Positions 48,036 to 56,368 of a DNA stretch of 64,000 nt are shown piece after piece. A program made the position numbers and the translations under genes. The stretch comes from an uncultured Alphaproteobacteria bacterium (GTDB lineage Bacteria; Pseudomonadota; Alphaproteobacteria; Rhodobacterales; Rhodobacteraceae). The number at the start of each line of letters is the position of its first letter. The first letter of the stretch is position 1. The notes beneath the pieces were generated by a model, which was not told the DNA's origin, did no database searches, and saw nothing but the letters and a program-made list of their open reading frames with translations. The stretch spans positions 1,841,208 through 1,905,207 of the forward strand of contig OY970206.1 of the NCBI GenBank assembly GCA_963708425.1. The letters run 5' to 3'.

Positions 48036-49391
48036 TCAGGCTCCCCTGGCTGTCGACAAAAGCCAAAGACCAAGAACGGTATATGCCACCATAAGAACGG
48101 TCGTTGGAAGATGTGCCGATACCGGCATCGTGCCATTTCGCCCAGCCAGCTTCAGGGTCAGAATCACCGCCAATATATGCGCACCAAGAATGGCGGAAAA
48201 TTGGGCAGCATAAATCAGACTCATGCTGGCGCCATCCGTCAGAAATCCGAAAGAGACATAGGCGAAGGGCAGTCCCAACAGGCTGTCGCCCCGAAACAGC
48301 GGATCATCCAGCGCCGCCAGCGTATATTGCCCGGTGGTCAATAGCGTCACCAGATGGTGCGCCGCGTGGTAGCCTGCCGCGATGGCAAGAAAGCTTAGCA
48401 CCACCGGCCCTGCGGAAAATCCTGCACCGCCGATCCAGCTTGACACCCGCAGCGCCGCCAAGATCAGGGACGCCGTCAGCACCCAAACAGAGACTAATCC
48501 AGTGGAATTGACCCAAACCACTGCCGATCTACCGGTAAATTCAAGCGGGTTTTGGCCAATTAGCCCCATCCACCAAAATGTTTCGGAAAGTCCGTCAAAC
48601 GTGAGCACCGCCAACGCCAGCGTGACAAATGCGATGGCCGATGGTGTCAACGCCTCCATCCGCAACACTTGCGCGCCCGGAACCCCCACAAATAGCCGCG
48701 CGCGTTGCCCGTCCTGATCAAGCCAAACCGGCGCAATCTTGGCAATGTAGCCAAAGAACACTGTCAGAAACTCGCCCTGCGGCAACCAATCGTCGCCCTC
48801 GGCCACTGCCAGCACAAAGATCACCAACCAGTAAATCAACGCTGCCTGCGCCAAAACGGCGGGGTCATCGGGCGACAGTGATACGATCTGAAACCAGCCA
48901 AATCCCGCATATCCCAGAACTGCCGGCCAATACCCGAACCGGCGCAGGCCAATACCTCGCGTCCGGCCCAGCAAGATACGGGCGATGCGGACCGGTGCCG
49001 TCCACGGATTCAATGCACGCCACAAATTGCCAAACACCATGCTGGCCAGCGGCAGGGCAATCCAGACCCCAGTCCAGAACACCAAGGTCATCAAGTTGTG
49101 CATCGGGTCGCGGGAGCCATAAAACCCGATCACGACAAGCCCCAGAAAGCACAGGAAACTGATGTAGGATGTCACCGAAACCGGCACCCAAGCCCGGCGT
49201 TCGTAAATCAGATGCGCCTGCATCGTGGGCAGGCGCTGCGCCATCGCGCCCAACATGGCGGTCAGTGCAACCGTCACAGCGGCACCTAAGATGTAGTGCC
49301 CCGTCGGCAGTGTCAGGATGACCGAGGGTGGCAAGGCGCAGGCAAAACCGGCACTTGGCAGCAGCGCAAGGCCTGCCGCCAGCGCCCGCAT
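48036..49391 (-). CDS. Polytopic membrane protein of unknown family (about 451 aa)
   Basis: About 10-12 hydrophobic segments and no family motif that I recognise. Start ATG 49391 overlaps the upstream stop by 1 nt. The 97 extra N-terminal codons of the track ORF overlap the upstream gene and are Arg/Cys-rich, so I reject them. Confidence 0.65.
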   Translation of the reverse strand: MRALAAGLALLPSAGFACALPPSVILTLPTGHYILGAAVTVALTAMLGAMAQRLPTMQAHLIYERRAWVPVSVTSYISFLCFLGLVVIGFYGSRDPMHNLMTLVFWTGVWIALPLASMVFGNLWRALNPWTAPVRIARILLGRTRGIGLRRFGYWPAVLGYAGFGWFQIVSLSPDDPAVLAQAALIYWLVIFVLAVAEGDDWLPQGEFLTVFFGYIAKIAPVWLDQDGQRARLFVGVPGAQVLRMEALTPSAIAFVTLALAVLTFDGLSETFWWMGLIGQNPLEFTGRSAVVWVNSTGLVSVWVLTASLILAALRVSSWIGGAGFSAGPVVLSFLAIAAGYHAAHHLVTLLTTGQYTLAALDDPLFRGDSLLGLPFAYVSFGFLTDGASMSLIYAAQFSAILGAHILAVILTLKLAGRNGTMPVSAHLPTTVLMVAYTVLGLWLLSTARGA

Positions 49392-49966
49392 CAGCGTAGC
49401 CCGTCCTTGCCGGTTACATCCCACGCCTCTAGCCCGCCCATGCGCGAATGGATGCGCGGCCCTTTCGCCATGGCCAGCACGAATACAATCTCGCCTGCGC
49501 GGGGCCCGTCGGGCACGCTGACAGTTATCGCATCGAAATGACTGCGCACATAGGCCGCGTTGATATGGCCTAACGGTACATCCAGGCTGCCACCCATGCC
49601 CGCAACTTTCATCACCGACGGAACAATGGCCCGGCTTTCTCCCAGCCGTTCGCGCATCGCATAGCCGCCCGGCACATGCCAAAGTGCCGCATGTTCCGCC
49701 TCGCCGGCCTCGCCCACTATGGCCCCTTTGCCATAGCCATCGATGCCATCGATCCCGCCCAAAGCCGCTATCAAACGGTCGGTCAACATCAGGCCAAGCG
49801 GCTTCAGATCGTCCATCGCCGCTTGCAAATCTGGCGCATGATGCCCGGCAAATGGGTTCGTCACTACGGCCATGATGGCCCCGCGTTGGCGTAACCCAAC
49901 TGGCCCGCCTTCGTGCAGGATATCTTCAATCAGCACGGTAATCCGGCGCACGGAGAATTCAGGCAA
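49391..49966 (-). CDS. Amino-acid-synthesis family protein (DUF1185/PF06684-like); function unknown
   Basis: 191 aa. The N-terminus SVRRITVLIEDILHEGGP...AIMAVVTNPFAG and the GKGAIVGEAGEAEHAALWH block match my recollection of this family. Confidence 0.7.
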   Translation of the reverse strand: MPEFSVRRITVLIEDILHEGGPVGLRQRGAIMAVVTNPFAGHHAPDLQAAMDDLKPLGLMLTDRLIAALGGIDGIDGYGKGAIVGEAGEAEHAALWHVPGGYAMRERLGESRAIVPSVMKVAGMGGSLDVPLGHINAAYVRSHFDAITVSVPDGPRAGEIVFVLAMAKGPRIHSRMGGLEAWDVTGKDGLR

Positions 49967-50786
49967 AAGCAGGCTCCTTCATAGCGAGTGGTCCAACAAT
50001 ACGACTTTCACCCTGCAGGAAAAGTGCTGCAGATTGAATCAATCCGGCAGAACGATAGGCGCTTGCCGCCGCCGCCCCCCTGGCTAATGCCGCGTTCACA
50101 TCAGCCCGGGTCAGCCGCCCGACCGCAACCGTCACCAACCGCGCGCCAAGGTCACTGTCGGCTTGCAGGTCACGCGCCGGCCTACGGATAATCGCTGAAT
50201 GCCCCAGCAAATCCACTGCGTTCGCAATCATCGTCGCCGCCGCGTCTGCGATAGCGGCAGTTCTAGCCAAAACAGACACTGAATCCGCAATCCCCAAAGA
50301 CCAGCTACGCCCGCGCCACCCCGACGTCGCAATCCCTCGTACGGCATCTTGGCTGCGGATGGTGATCTGGCTATCCGCCCCGGCAATCGCACAAACCAAG
50401 CGTTCGCCCGGCGTTAAATGCAGCGCCATGTCGCCCCCATTGTTCACGTAGGCTCGGCTGATCCCCGACCCTACCAATGCGGCCAGCACCGCCTCGGCCA
50501 CCGCCCCCGCTACTGCTGCCATCGGAGTGATGAACTGCGGGCGAAACGGCGCAACCGCCCTGCCCATCGCCTGCGGAATTGGGCCGATTAGAGCCTTATT
50601 CTCACTGCGAAGCGCGGGCAGCTCTGAAACCAGCTCCTCCAGCAAGCCGTCAAACCTGCGGCAAGCGCGCCGATAGCCCGCTTCGACCAAATCGCTTCGC
50701 CCCCAAGCCTCACAGATCAAATCAATCGGCCCGTGCTGCAAATGCAACCGCCCGTCCGGCAACCGGTTTGCCACGGCAACGCTCAT
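49959..50786 (-). CDS. UPF0280 family protein
   Basis: Blocks TPMAAVAGAVAEAV, VNNGGDMAL, GIATSGWRG.S.SLGIADSV match my recollection of UPF0280. It has an ATGA overlap with the upstream gene. Confidence 0.6.
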   Translation of the reverse strand: MSVAVANRLPDGRLHLQHGPIDLICEAWGRSDLVEAGYRRACRRFDGLLEELVSELPALRSENKALIGPIPQAMGRAVAPFRPQFITPMAAVAGAVAEAVLAALVGSGISRAYVNNGGDMALHLTPGERLVCAIAGADSQITIRSQDAVRGIATSGWRGRSWSLGIADSVSVLARTAAIADAAATMIANAVDLLGHSAIIRRPARDLQADSDLGARLVTVAVGRLTRADVNAALARGAAAASAYRSAGLIQSAALFLQGESRIVGPLAMKEPAFA

Positions 50787-52225
50787 TCGTCACCCTCCGG
50801 CCAATTTTCTAGCCGCGCCGCAGTTTGATATTCGCCACCCGCCCGCATCACCTGATCCAGCGTTCTAATCGCATCATCATGCCCACCCAGCGCCAAGTAG
50901 TCGTCGCGCGGCATGGTAAACTCCAGCGGTGCCACCAATGCAGGTGTCGGCACATAACCGAACGCCCCCTTCGGCAGCGCCAGCACATCGACCATAAAGG
51001 TAATCCCGCCGCCCGGCCATACATAGCATGCTGCCCCGCCACTGGTCAGCCGCGTTGCCCGCGATTGCACAGACCGCGTCAACCGAACCGGGTTTTTCGT
51101 CACCCCGGCGCGCAGGCTGCCCCCCGCACCACCCATGAACAGCACTGTACAAAGCGACGGCTCGCAGTTTTCATCAATCATCTCGACCGATGGCTGCAGC
51201 GCCTTCGGAAGTGCATGTTTCTGCGGTATCAGAGCCTCATCCAGCACAAAGTAAGCATATTCCTCACCAGTGGTTGATACCATCAACATCGTCAAACCCG
51301 GCCGCGCACCCTTCTTCGGGTTCCATTCGCCGAGGATCTCCAGCGGGTCGGTCAACTTGGTACCGCCCCAGCCCAACCCCGGTTCTGACACCTTGAAATA
51401 CCGCCCCGGTGTCGACCGATGACCCTTGATCTTGATCCCCGACGGTTGCCATCCCAGCACCTTACCCGCTTGATGTTCCGAGACGACGCCGGTGATGTGG
51501 TCATCCACCACCACAACCTCATCCACCAGCCCATACCACTGCGCCGCGAACATGCCGATCGTCGCCGATCCACAGCCCACCCGCATCCGCCGTTCCGCCG
51601 TGCCATCCACAATCGGTGCCGCCCCCGCCTGCACCACAACCGCCGATCCACCATCAATCGTCAGCGCCACCGCTTCGGCATTACACAGCGCAAGCATTGC
51701 GGCACAGGTCACCCGCCCCTCGGCTTTCGCACCGCCAGTCAGATGATGCACCCCGCCGATAGACAGCATCTGGCTGCCATACTCCGCGGTCGTCACATGG
51801 CCAATCGCCTCGCCCTCTGCTCGAACAACCGCCCCTTCCGGCCCAAGATAGCGGTCGGTGTCAATTTTCACCTTGACCCCGCAATAGGAAAAGATCGCCT
51901 CCGTCACCACCGTCACCATATCAGCGCCTGCCACTTTTGATGACACGATGAAAGGCGCTGGCTTGTAATCCGGGTACGTAGTGCCAGACCCGATCCCGGT
52001 TACAAACGTATCGTCAGGCACCATGTCGCCGTCCCAATTGCGAAGGGCGAACGGCACAATGCGCGATCCGTCGACTAGGGCATTTGACAGCATCACCACC
52101 GGATCGGTGCGCACAATCCGCCCAGCATCATTGGCATAACGATCGCACGCCCCAGTCTGCCCCGGCGCGATATAGCACATCACCGGGCAGGCATCGCAAC
52201 GGATCTTTTCGGCGGGTTCGGTCAT
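50783..52225 (-). CDS. 6-hydroxynicotinate-reductase-like protein (putative Fe-S enzyme)
   Basis: 480 aa with an N-terminal four-Cys motif CDACPVMCYIAPGQTGAC. It resembles proteobacterial proteins annotated as 6-hydroxynicotinate reductase (recollection, not searched). It is flanked by ATGA overlaps. Confidence 0.55.
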   Translation of the reverse strand: MTEPAEKIRCDACPVMCYIAPGQTGACDRYANDAGRIVRTDPVVMLSNALVDGSRIVPFALRNWDGDMVPDDTFVTGIGSGTTYPDYKPAPFIVSSKVAGADMVTVVTEAIFSYCGVKVKIDTDRYLGPEGAVVRAEGEAIGHVTTAEYGSQMLSIGGVHHLTGGAKAEGRVTCAAMLALCNAEAVALTIDGGSAVVVQAGAAPIVDGTAERRMRVGCGSATIGMFAAQWYGLVDEVVVVDDHITGVVSEHQAGKVLGWQPSGIKIKGHRSTPGRYFKVSEPGLGWGGTKLTDPLEILGEWNPKKGARPGLTMLMVSTTGEEYAYFVLDEALIPQKHALPKALQPSVEMIDENCEPSLCTVLFMGGAGGSLRAGVTKNPVRLTRSVQSRATRLTSGGAACYVWPGGGITFMVDVLALPKGAFGYVPTPALVAPLEFTMPRDDYLALGGHDDAIRTLDQVMRAGGEYQTAARLENWPEGDE

Positions 52226-54924
52226 AGCCGTGCTGCCTTGATTGCGTCCAGCACCCTATGCGGCAGCGCTGGCAGTTTGGTAATCACCGCCCCGGTAGCA
52301 TGGCGAATTGCGTTTAGAATCGCGGGCGCAGTCGGGATCAGTACGTGTTCGCCCAAACCCTTCGCCCCCAATGGTCCCTCAGGGTCGGGCACTTCGATCA
52401 GAATGCTGTCAATAGGCGGCACGTCCCCCGTGGTGGGTATCAGGTAATCATGAAGGTTTTCGGTGCGCCCTGGCAAGTATTCCTCCATCAGCGCCATCCC
52501 GATGCCTTGCGCGATACCACCTTCAATCTGCCCTTCTGCCAGTTGCGGATTGATCGCTCGGCCAAGGTCGTGTGCTGCAGTGATCTTGATTAGTTTCACG
52601 GTGCCGAGGCGGGTATCAACCGCCAGTTCGACCATCTGTGCCCCATAACCATAAACCGCATAGGGTGCGCCTTGACCACTTGCATCCAACGCACTGGTCG
52701 GTGGATCATAGGTTTCCTCCGCCGAAATGGCATAGCCAAACGCGTCCGTCGGCAAGGGCAAAAGATTAATTTTCCGCCGAACAGAGCCTTCTGACACCAC
52801 CAGATGCCCATCCTCAAACCCAATCATTGCAGCATCGCTCGCGTTCGCCAACCGCAGCACTTTGGCCCGCAGACTACGCCCCGCCGCCAACGCCGCCCGC
52901 CCGGTCACGAAGGTTTGCCTGCTGGCAGATGTCTTGCCTGCATCTGGCGTAAGCGCGGTATCTGGCCCAATCAGGCTGATGCAATCCAGCGGCAAACCCA
53001 GACCATCCGCCGCAATCTGCGCGATCACAGTGTTCGACCCCTGGCCAATATCCGTCGCCCCTTGGTGCAGCATCACCTTGCCCTGCGCGGTAATCCCGAT
53101 GCGAATCGTCGATGGGTTCGGCAGGGCCGTATTCCCGCAGCCATACCAGCACGACGCCACACCAACCCCCCTCCGCATCACCGGATTGCCCAGATTGGCA
53201 GCTTTCGCGTCGGCCAGTGCGCTGCCCCACGGCACGCGCAGGGCTTCCAGACAGTCCCGAATCCCCACCGCCTGTAACTGTTGCCCAGTGGCGCTGGCAT
53301 CGCCGTCCCGCAGTGCGTTGATCAAGCGAAACTCCAGCCGATCTATGCCCGCAGCCTCGGCCAGCCGATCATACATCGTTTCCTGCCAGACCGCCGCTTG
53401 TGGCACCCCAAAGCCCCGAAACGCGCCCGAAACCGGGCCATTAGTATGAATGGCGCGGGCTGTAGCGGTGATATTTGGTGTCAAATACGGCCCGGAAACA
53501 TGCACCGGCACGCGGTTGGCCACAGTCGGGCCCCAACTGGAATACGCGCCGGTATCAAACCGCCCATCAAACTCCACCCCGGTAATCCGGCCCTTGGCAT
53601 CGCAGCCAATCCGTCCCTGCATTTCCGCCGGATGCCGCTTGGTTGTGGACGCCATGCTTTCGCTGCGCGAATAAACCATCCGCGCAGGTCGCCCAGTCTT
53701 CAACACCACCAACCCAAGCAGCGGCTGCAAGCTGACGTCCAACTTTGATCCGAACCCGCCCCCCACCGCGGATGGAATGATGCGCACGCAGTTTTGCGGC
53801 AGGCCCAGAATCGCTGCCGTCTCATCGCGGTCCATCACCGGTGCTTGGGTGCAGGCGCGGATCACCAGCGTATCGCCGTCCATCCACGCGGCCCCCGCCT
53901 CCGGCTCGATGTAGGCGTGCTCCACGAAAGAGGTAGCTACACTGCCCGACACTACATGGGCAGACCCAGCAAGTGCCGCTGCCACATCGCCCTTACGAAC
54001 ACGGCCCTCGATCAGCCTATTAAGGGGTCGATTTGCGTGGATCAGAGCCGCATTTGGTGCTTCGGCGGCGCTTGCGCTCATCAACGCGGGCAACGGTTCC
54101 CACAGAACGGGAAACGCTGAAATGTCGGTATCCGCCCCCGGTTCAAACGCAACCAAGGCTACCGCCTCGCCCCGAAACCGCGCGGGGCTTGGCGCAAGTG
54201 CTGGCTGGTCGGCGAATGGCGGTATTACCCCAAACGCATTGCGCCCGCGAACATCTGCTGCTGTCAGCACGCATGCCACACCGGGTCGCGCGGCAAAATC
54301 CGCCAGATCGCCAAACTGAAATGCGGCATGGTTATGCGGCGACCTGACCGCCTTCACCACCAGCGCACCTTCGGGCCCATAGTCGGCACCAAAACTGTCA
54401 CCGGCCACTTTTGCTGCCCCATCAAGCCGCGCCACGCTTTTGCCAACGGCATTGCCAGCGGTGGGTAAGTCGGACACCGCATTACCGCCTACATCGCAAA
54501 CCGCCGCAATAATCTTGGCATACCCGGTGCAGCGGCACAAAACCCCACCAAGGGCATCGCGCGCCTGACTTGGCGTCGGGTTGGCAACATTAGACACTAA
54601 CTCCGCCGCCATCATCAACATGCCCGGCGTGCAAATCCCGCATTGCGCGGCCCCATTACGCAGAAACGATGCGCGCAGGCGGGCCAAAATATCAGTCTTC
54701 GCCTCAACGGTTTCAACCCGGCACCCCTCGGCTCGGGCTGCCGGAACAAGGCAGGCGCAAACTGCCCGCCCGTCCATCAGCACTGTACAGGCCCCGCAAT
54801 CGCCAGCGTCACAGCCCACTTTCGTGCCTTTCAACCCGGCTTTTTCGCGCAAAACCTCTGACAAGCGCTCGGTTGGTGCTGCATCCAGTGCAACGTCTGC
54901 CCCATTCAGCGTAAAGCGGATCAT
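52222..54924 (-). CDS. Xanthine-dehydrogenase-family molybdopterin hydroxylase with a fused N-terminal [2Fe-2S] domain
   Basis: The N-terminus has GCDAGDCGACTV and CGICTPG...CRCTGY (two 2Fe-2S sites). The C-terminal roughly 750 aa carries Mo-cofactor large-subunit blocks (GGGFGSK, GQGSNT, AVYGYGAQ and the E-containing GLGE). Confidence 0.9.
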   Translation of the reverse strand: MIRFTLNGADVALDAAPTERLSEVLREKAGLKGTKVGCDAGDCGACTVLMDGRAVCACLVPAARAEGCRVETVEAKTDILARLRASFLRNGAAQCGICTPGMLMMAAELVSNVANPTPSQARDALGGVLCRCTGYAKIIAAVCDVGGNAVSDLPTAGNAVGKSVARLDGAAKVAGDSFGADYGPEGALVVKAVRSPHNHAAFQFGDLADFAARPGVACVLTAADVRGRNAFGVIPPFADQPALAPSPARFRGEAVALVAFEPGADTDISAFPVLWEPLPALMSASAAEAPNAALIHANRPLNRLIEGRVRKGDVAAALAGSAHVVSGSVATSFVEHAYIEPEAGAAWMDGDTLVIRACTQAPVMDRDETAAILGLPQNCVRIIPSAVGGGFGSKLDVSLQPLLGLVVLKTGRPARMVYSRSESMASTTKRHPAEMQGRIGCDAKGRITGVEFDGRFDTGAYSSWGPTVANRVPVHVSGPYLTPNITATARAIHTNGPVSGAFRGFGVPQAAVWQETMYDRLAEAAGIDRLEFRLINALRDGDASATGQQLQAVGIRDCLEALRVPWGSALADAKAANLGNPVMRRGVGVASCWYGCGNTALPNPSTIRIGITAQGKVMLHQGATDIGQGSNTVIAQIAADGLGLPLDCISLIGPDTALTPDAGKTSASRQTFVTGRAALAAGRSLRAKVLRLANASDAAMIGFEDGHLVVSEGSVRRKINLLPLPTDAFGYAISAEETYDPPTSALDASGQGAPYAVYGYGAQMVELAVDTRLGTVKLIKITAAHDLGRAINPQLAEGQIEGGIAQGIGMALMEEYLPGRTENLHDYLIPTTGDVPPIDSILIEVPDPEGPLGAKGLGEHVLIPTAPAILNAIRHATGAVITKLPALPHRVLDAIKAARL

Positions 54925-55748
54925 GCCACCACCTGAGCTATCGCCCGCCGCACCAGTTCGGCAGCGGCTTCGGCCCGATAACCAGCAGTCGCGCGAACAT
55001 CGTCGATCGGCGCAAGTGCCGCCGCCACATCGGCGTTGCGCACCAGCCCAGCGGCTAAAGCAGTCGGCGCATTCACCAGCGCCGCCTCAACTTCCTGCAG
55101 CCGTCGTGCAACGCCGCTGCACGACCCCACGGCAATATGCGCCTGCACTACCCGGCCCTGTTTCACCACCAACCGCACCGCCACCATCGCGATTGAAATG
55201 ACCAAATGCGCCCGCGCGCCCAGCTTGATGAATGCCGAGCTTCCCAGCAGCCCCGCGGGCGGTATCCACACCGCCGTCAAAATCTCATCCGCCGCCAACG
55301 CGGTTTGCCGTGGCCCGGTGATAAACGCCCCCAGCGGCAATCGCCTCGTCCCACCTGGCGATGCCAACTCCACGTCCGCCCCCAGCACCAAGAGCGGCGG
55401 GACACCATCGGCAGCAGGCGATGCATTGCACAAATTCCCTGCAATAGTGCCTGTATTCTGGATCTGACGGCCACCAATCTGCACCGCCGCCTGCTGCAAG
55501 GCAATCAGTGCAGGCGGCAGACGCGCCTCCGCAATTGCCGCCCAAGTTGTGCAAGCCCCAATCCGCAAGGCACCATCCTGCATCGCAATACCCTGCAACG
55601 CCGCGATCCGCGTCACATCCAGCATTGGCCCCACCAACGACGCCCCCGCACCCGGATAATGGTCCGTCCCGCCCGCCAGAACCCGCGATCCGGCACTGCG
55701 CAGCGTCAATGCCTCGGTTAGCGTCGTCGGGCGGGAATAGTCGCGCAT
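54921..55748 (-). CDS. FAD-binding subunit of a xanthine-dehydrogenase-family enzyme (CoxM/medium-subunit type)
   Basis: Blocks YSRPTTLTEALTL, LAGGTD, IQNTGTIAGNLCNASPAAD. Start Met 55748 is preceded by GAGG. The longest ORF reaches 55871 and overlaps the divergent MarR gene. Confidence 0.8.
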   Translation of the reverse strand: MRDYSRPTTLTEALTLRSAGSRVLAGGTDHYPGAGASLVGPMLDVTRIAALQGIAMQDGALRIGACTTWAAIAEARLPPALIALQQAAVQIGGRQIQNTGTIAGNLCNASPAADGVPPLLVLGADVELASPGGTRRLPLGAFITGPRQTALAADEILTAVWIPPAGLLGSSAFIKLGARAHLVISIAMVAVRLVVKQGRVVQAHIAVGSCSGVARRLQEVEAALVNAPTALAAGLVRNADVAAALAPIDDVRATAGYRAEAAAELVRRAIAQVVA

Positions 55749-55852
55749 CAGCCTCGCCGTATTGTTTGTGTGCATATTAATCTGATCGCAGAACGCCGCA
55801 TCTGTCAACTTTCTTGCGTGGTCTGTTGTGGCCCTGTATCCCGAACCGCATA

Positions 55853-56272
55853 ATGCCAAATAAAACGCCATATGTGTTGGATGACCAGATCGGTTATGTG
55901 CTGCGGCGCGTAATGCAGCGCCATCTTGTGATATTCTCGGAAACCATCCCCAGCATCACCACCACCCAGTTTGCCGTTCTGGCCCGGTTGGCGCAGATGG
56001 GCCCGCTGTCACAAAATCTGTTGGGTCGCGAAACGGCGATGGACGCGGCAACTATCAAGGGCGTCGTCGACAGGCTGGCCAAGCAAGATCTGGTGACCAC
56101 TGCTGCCGATCCCGCAGATCGCCGCCGCCTGACCGTGCAGTTGACAAAAACGGGGGCCGCATTGTTCGACAGCACCCGCGATGCCGCAATCGCTGTGTCA
56201 TCCCAGACATTGGGGCCGCTGTCAAAGGGCGAACGCGCAGCTTTGCTGGGGCTTCTGGGTAGACTGGTGTGA
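55853..56272 (+). CDS. MarR family transcriptional regulator
   Basis: About 139 aa with wHTH blocks TTTQFAVLARLAQMGPLSQNLLGRETAMDAATIKGVVDRL and the RR-wing DPADRRRL. It is divergent from the Mo-hydroxylase operon. Confidence 0.8.
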   Translation: MPNKTPYVLDDQIGYVLRRVMQRHLVIFSETIPSITTTQFAVLARLAQMGPLSQNLLGRETAMDAATIKGVVDRLAKQDLVTTAADPADRRRLTVQLTKTGAALFDSTRDAAIAVSSQTLGPLSKGERAALLGLLGRLV

Positions 56273-56276
56273 TGGC

Positions 56277-56292
56277 TGGCCAGTTCTGGCCA
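56277..56292. promoter_or_regulatory. Inverted repeat TGGCCAG-TT-CTGGCCA between marR and the flavoenzyme gene
   Basis: The 7-bp arms are exact reverse complements (56277-56283 and 56286-56292). It lies 5 nt after the marR stop and 77 nt before the next ATG. It could be an operator or a hairpin. Confidence 0.3.
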
Positions 56293-56368
56293 CGAAATGT
56301 CGGTTTTCCACGTTCAGATTGCTGACCCTAAACCTACCCTGAAACCAAACCACACACGGGAATACGCC

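Noticed and set aside
47063-48094. A 343-aa plus-strand ORF.
   Set aside because: It is antisense to the Tat-signal substrate-binding protein gene. It has no motifs and is His/Arg-rich, so it is a shadow ORF.
49392-49682. A 97-codon N-terminal extension of the unknown membrane protein ORF.
   Set aside because: It lies inside the DUF1185 gene in another frame and is Arg/Cys/Gly-rich. The Met at 49391 begins a signal-like hydrophobic segment and is coupled to the upstream stop.
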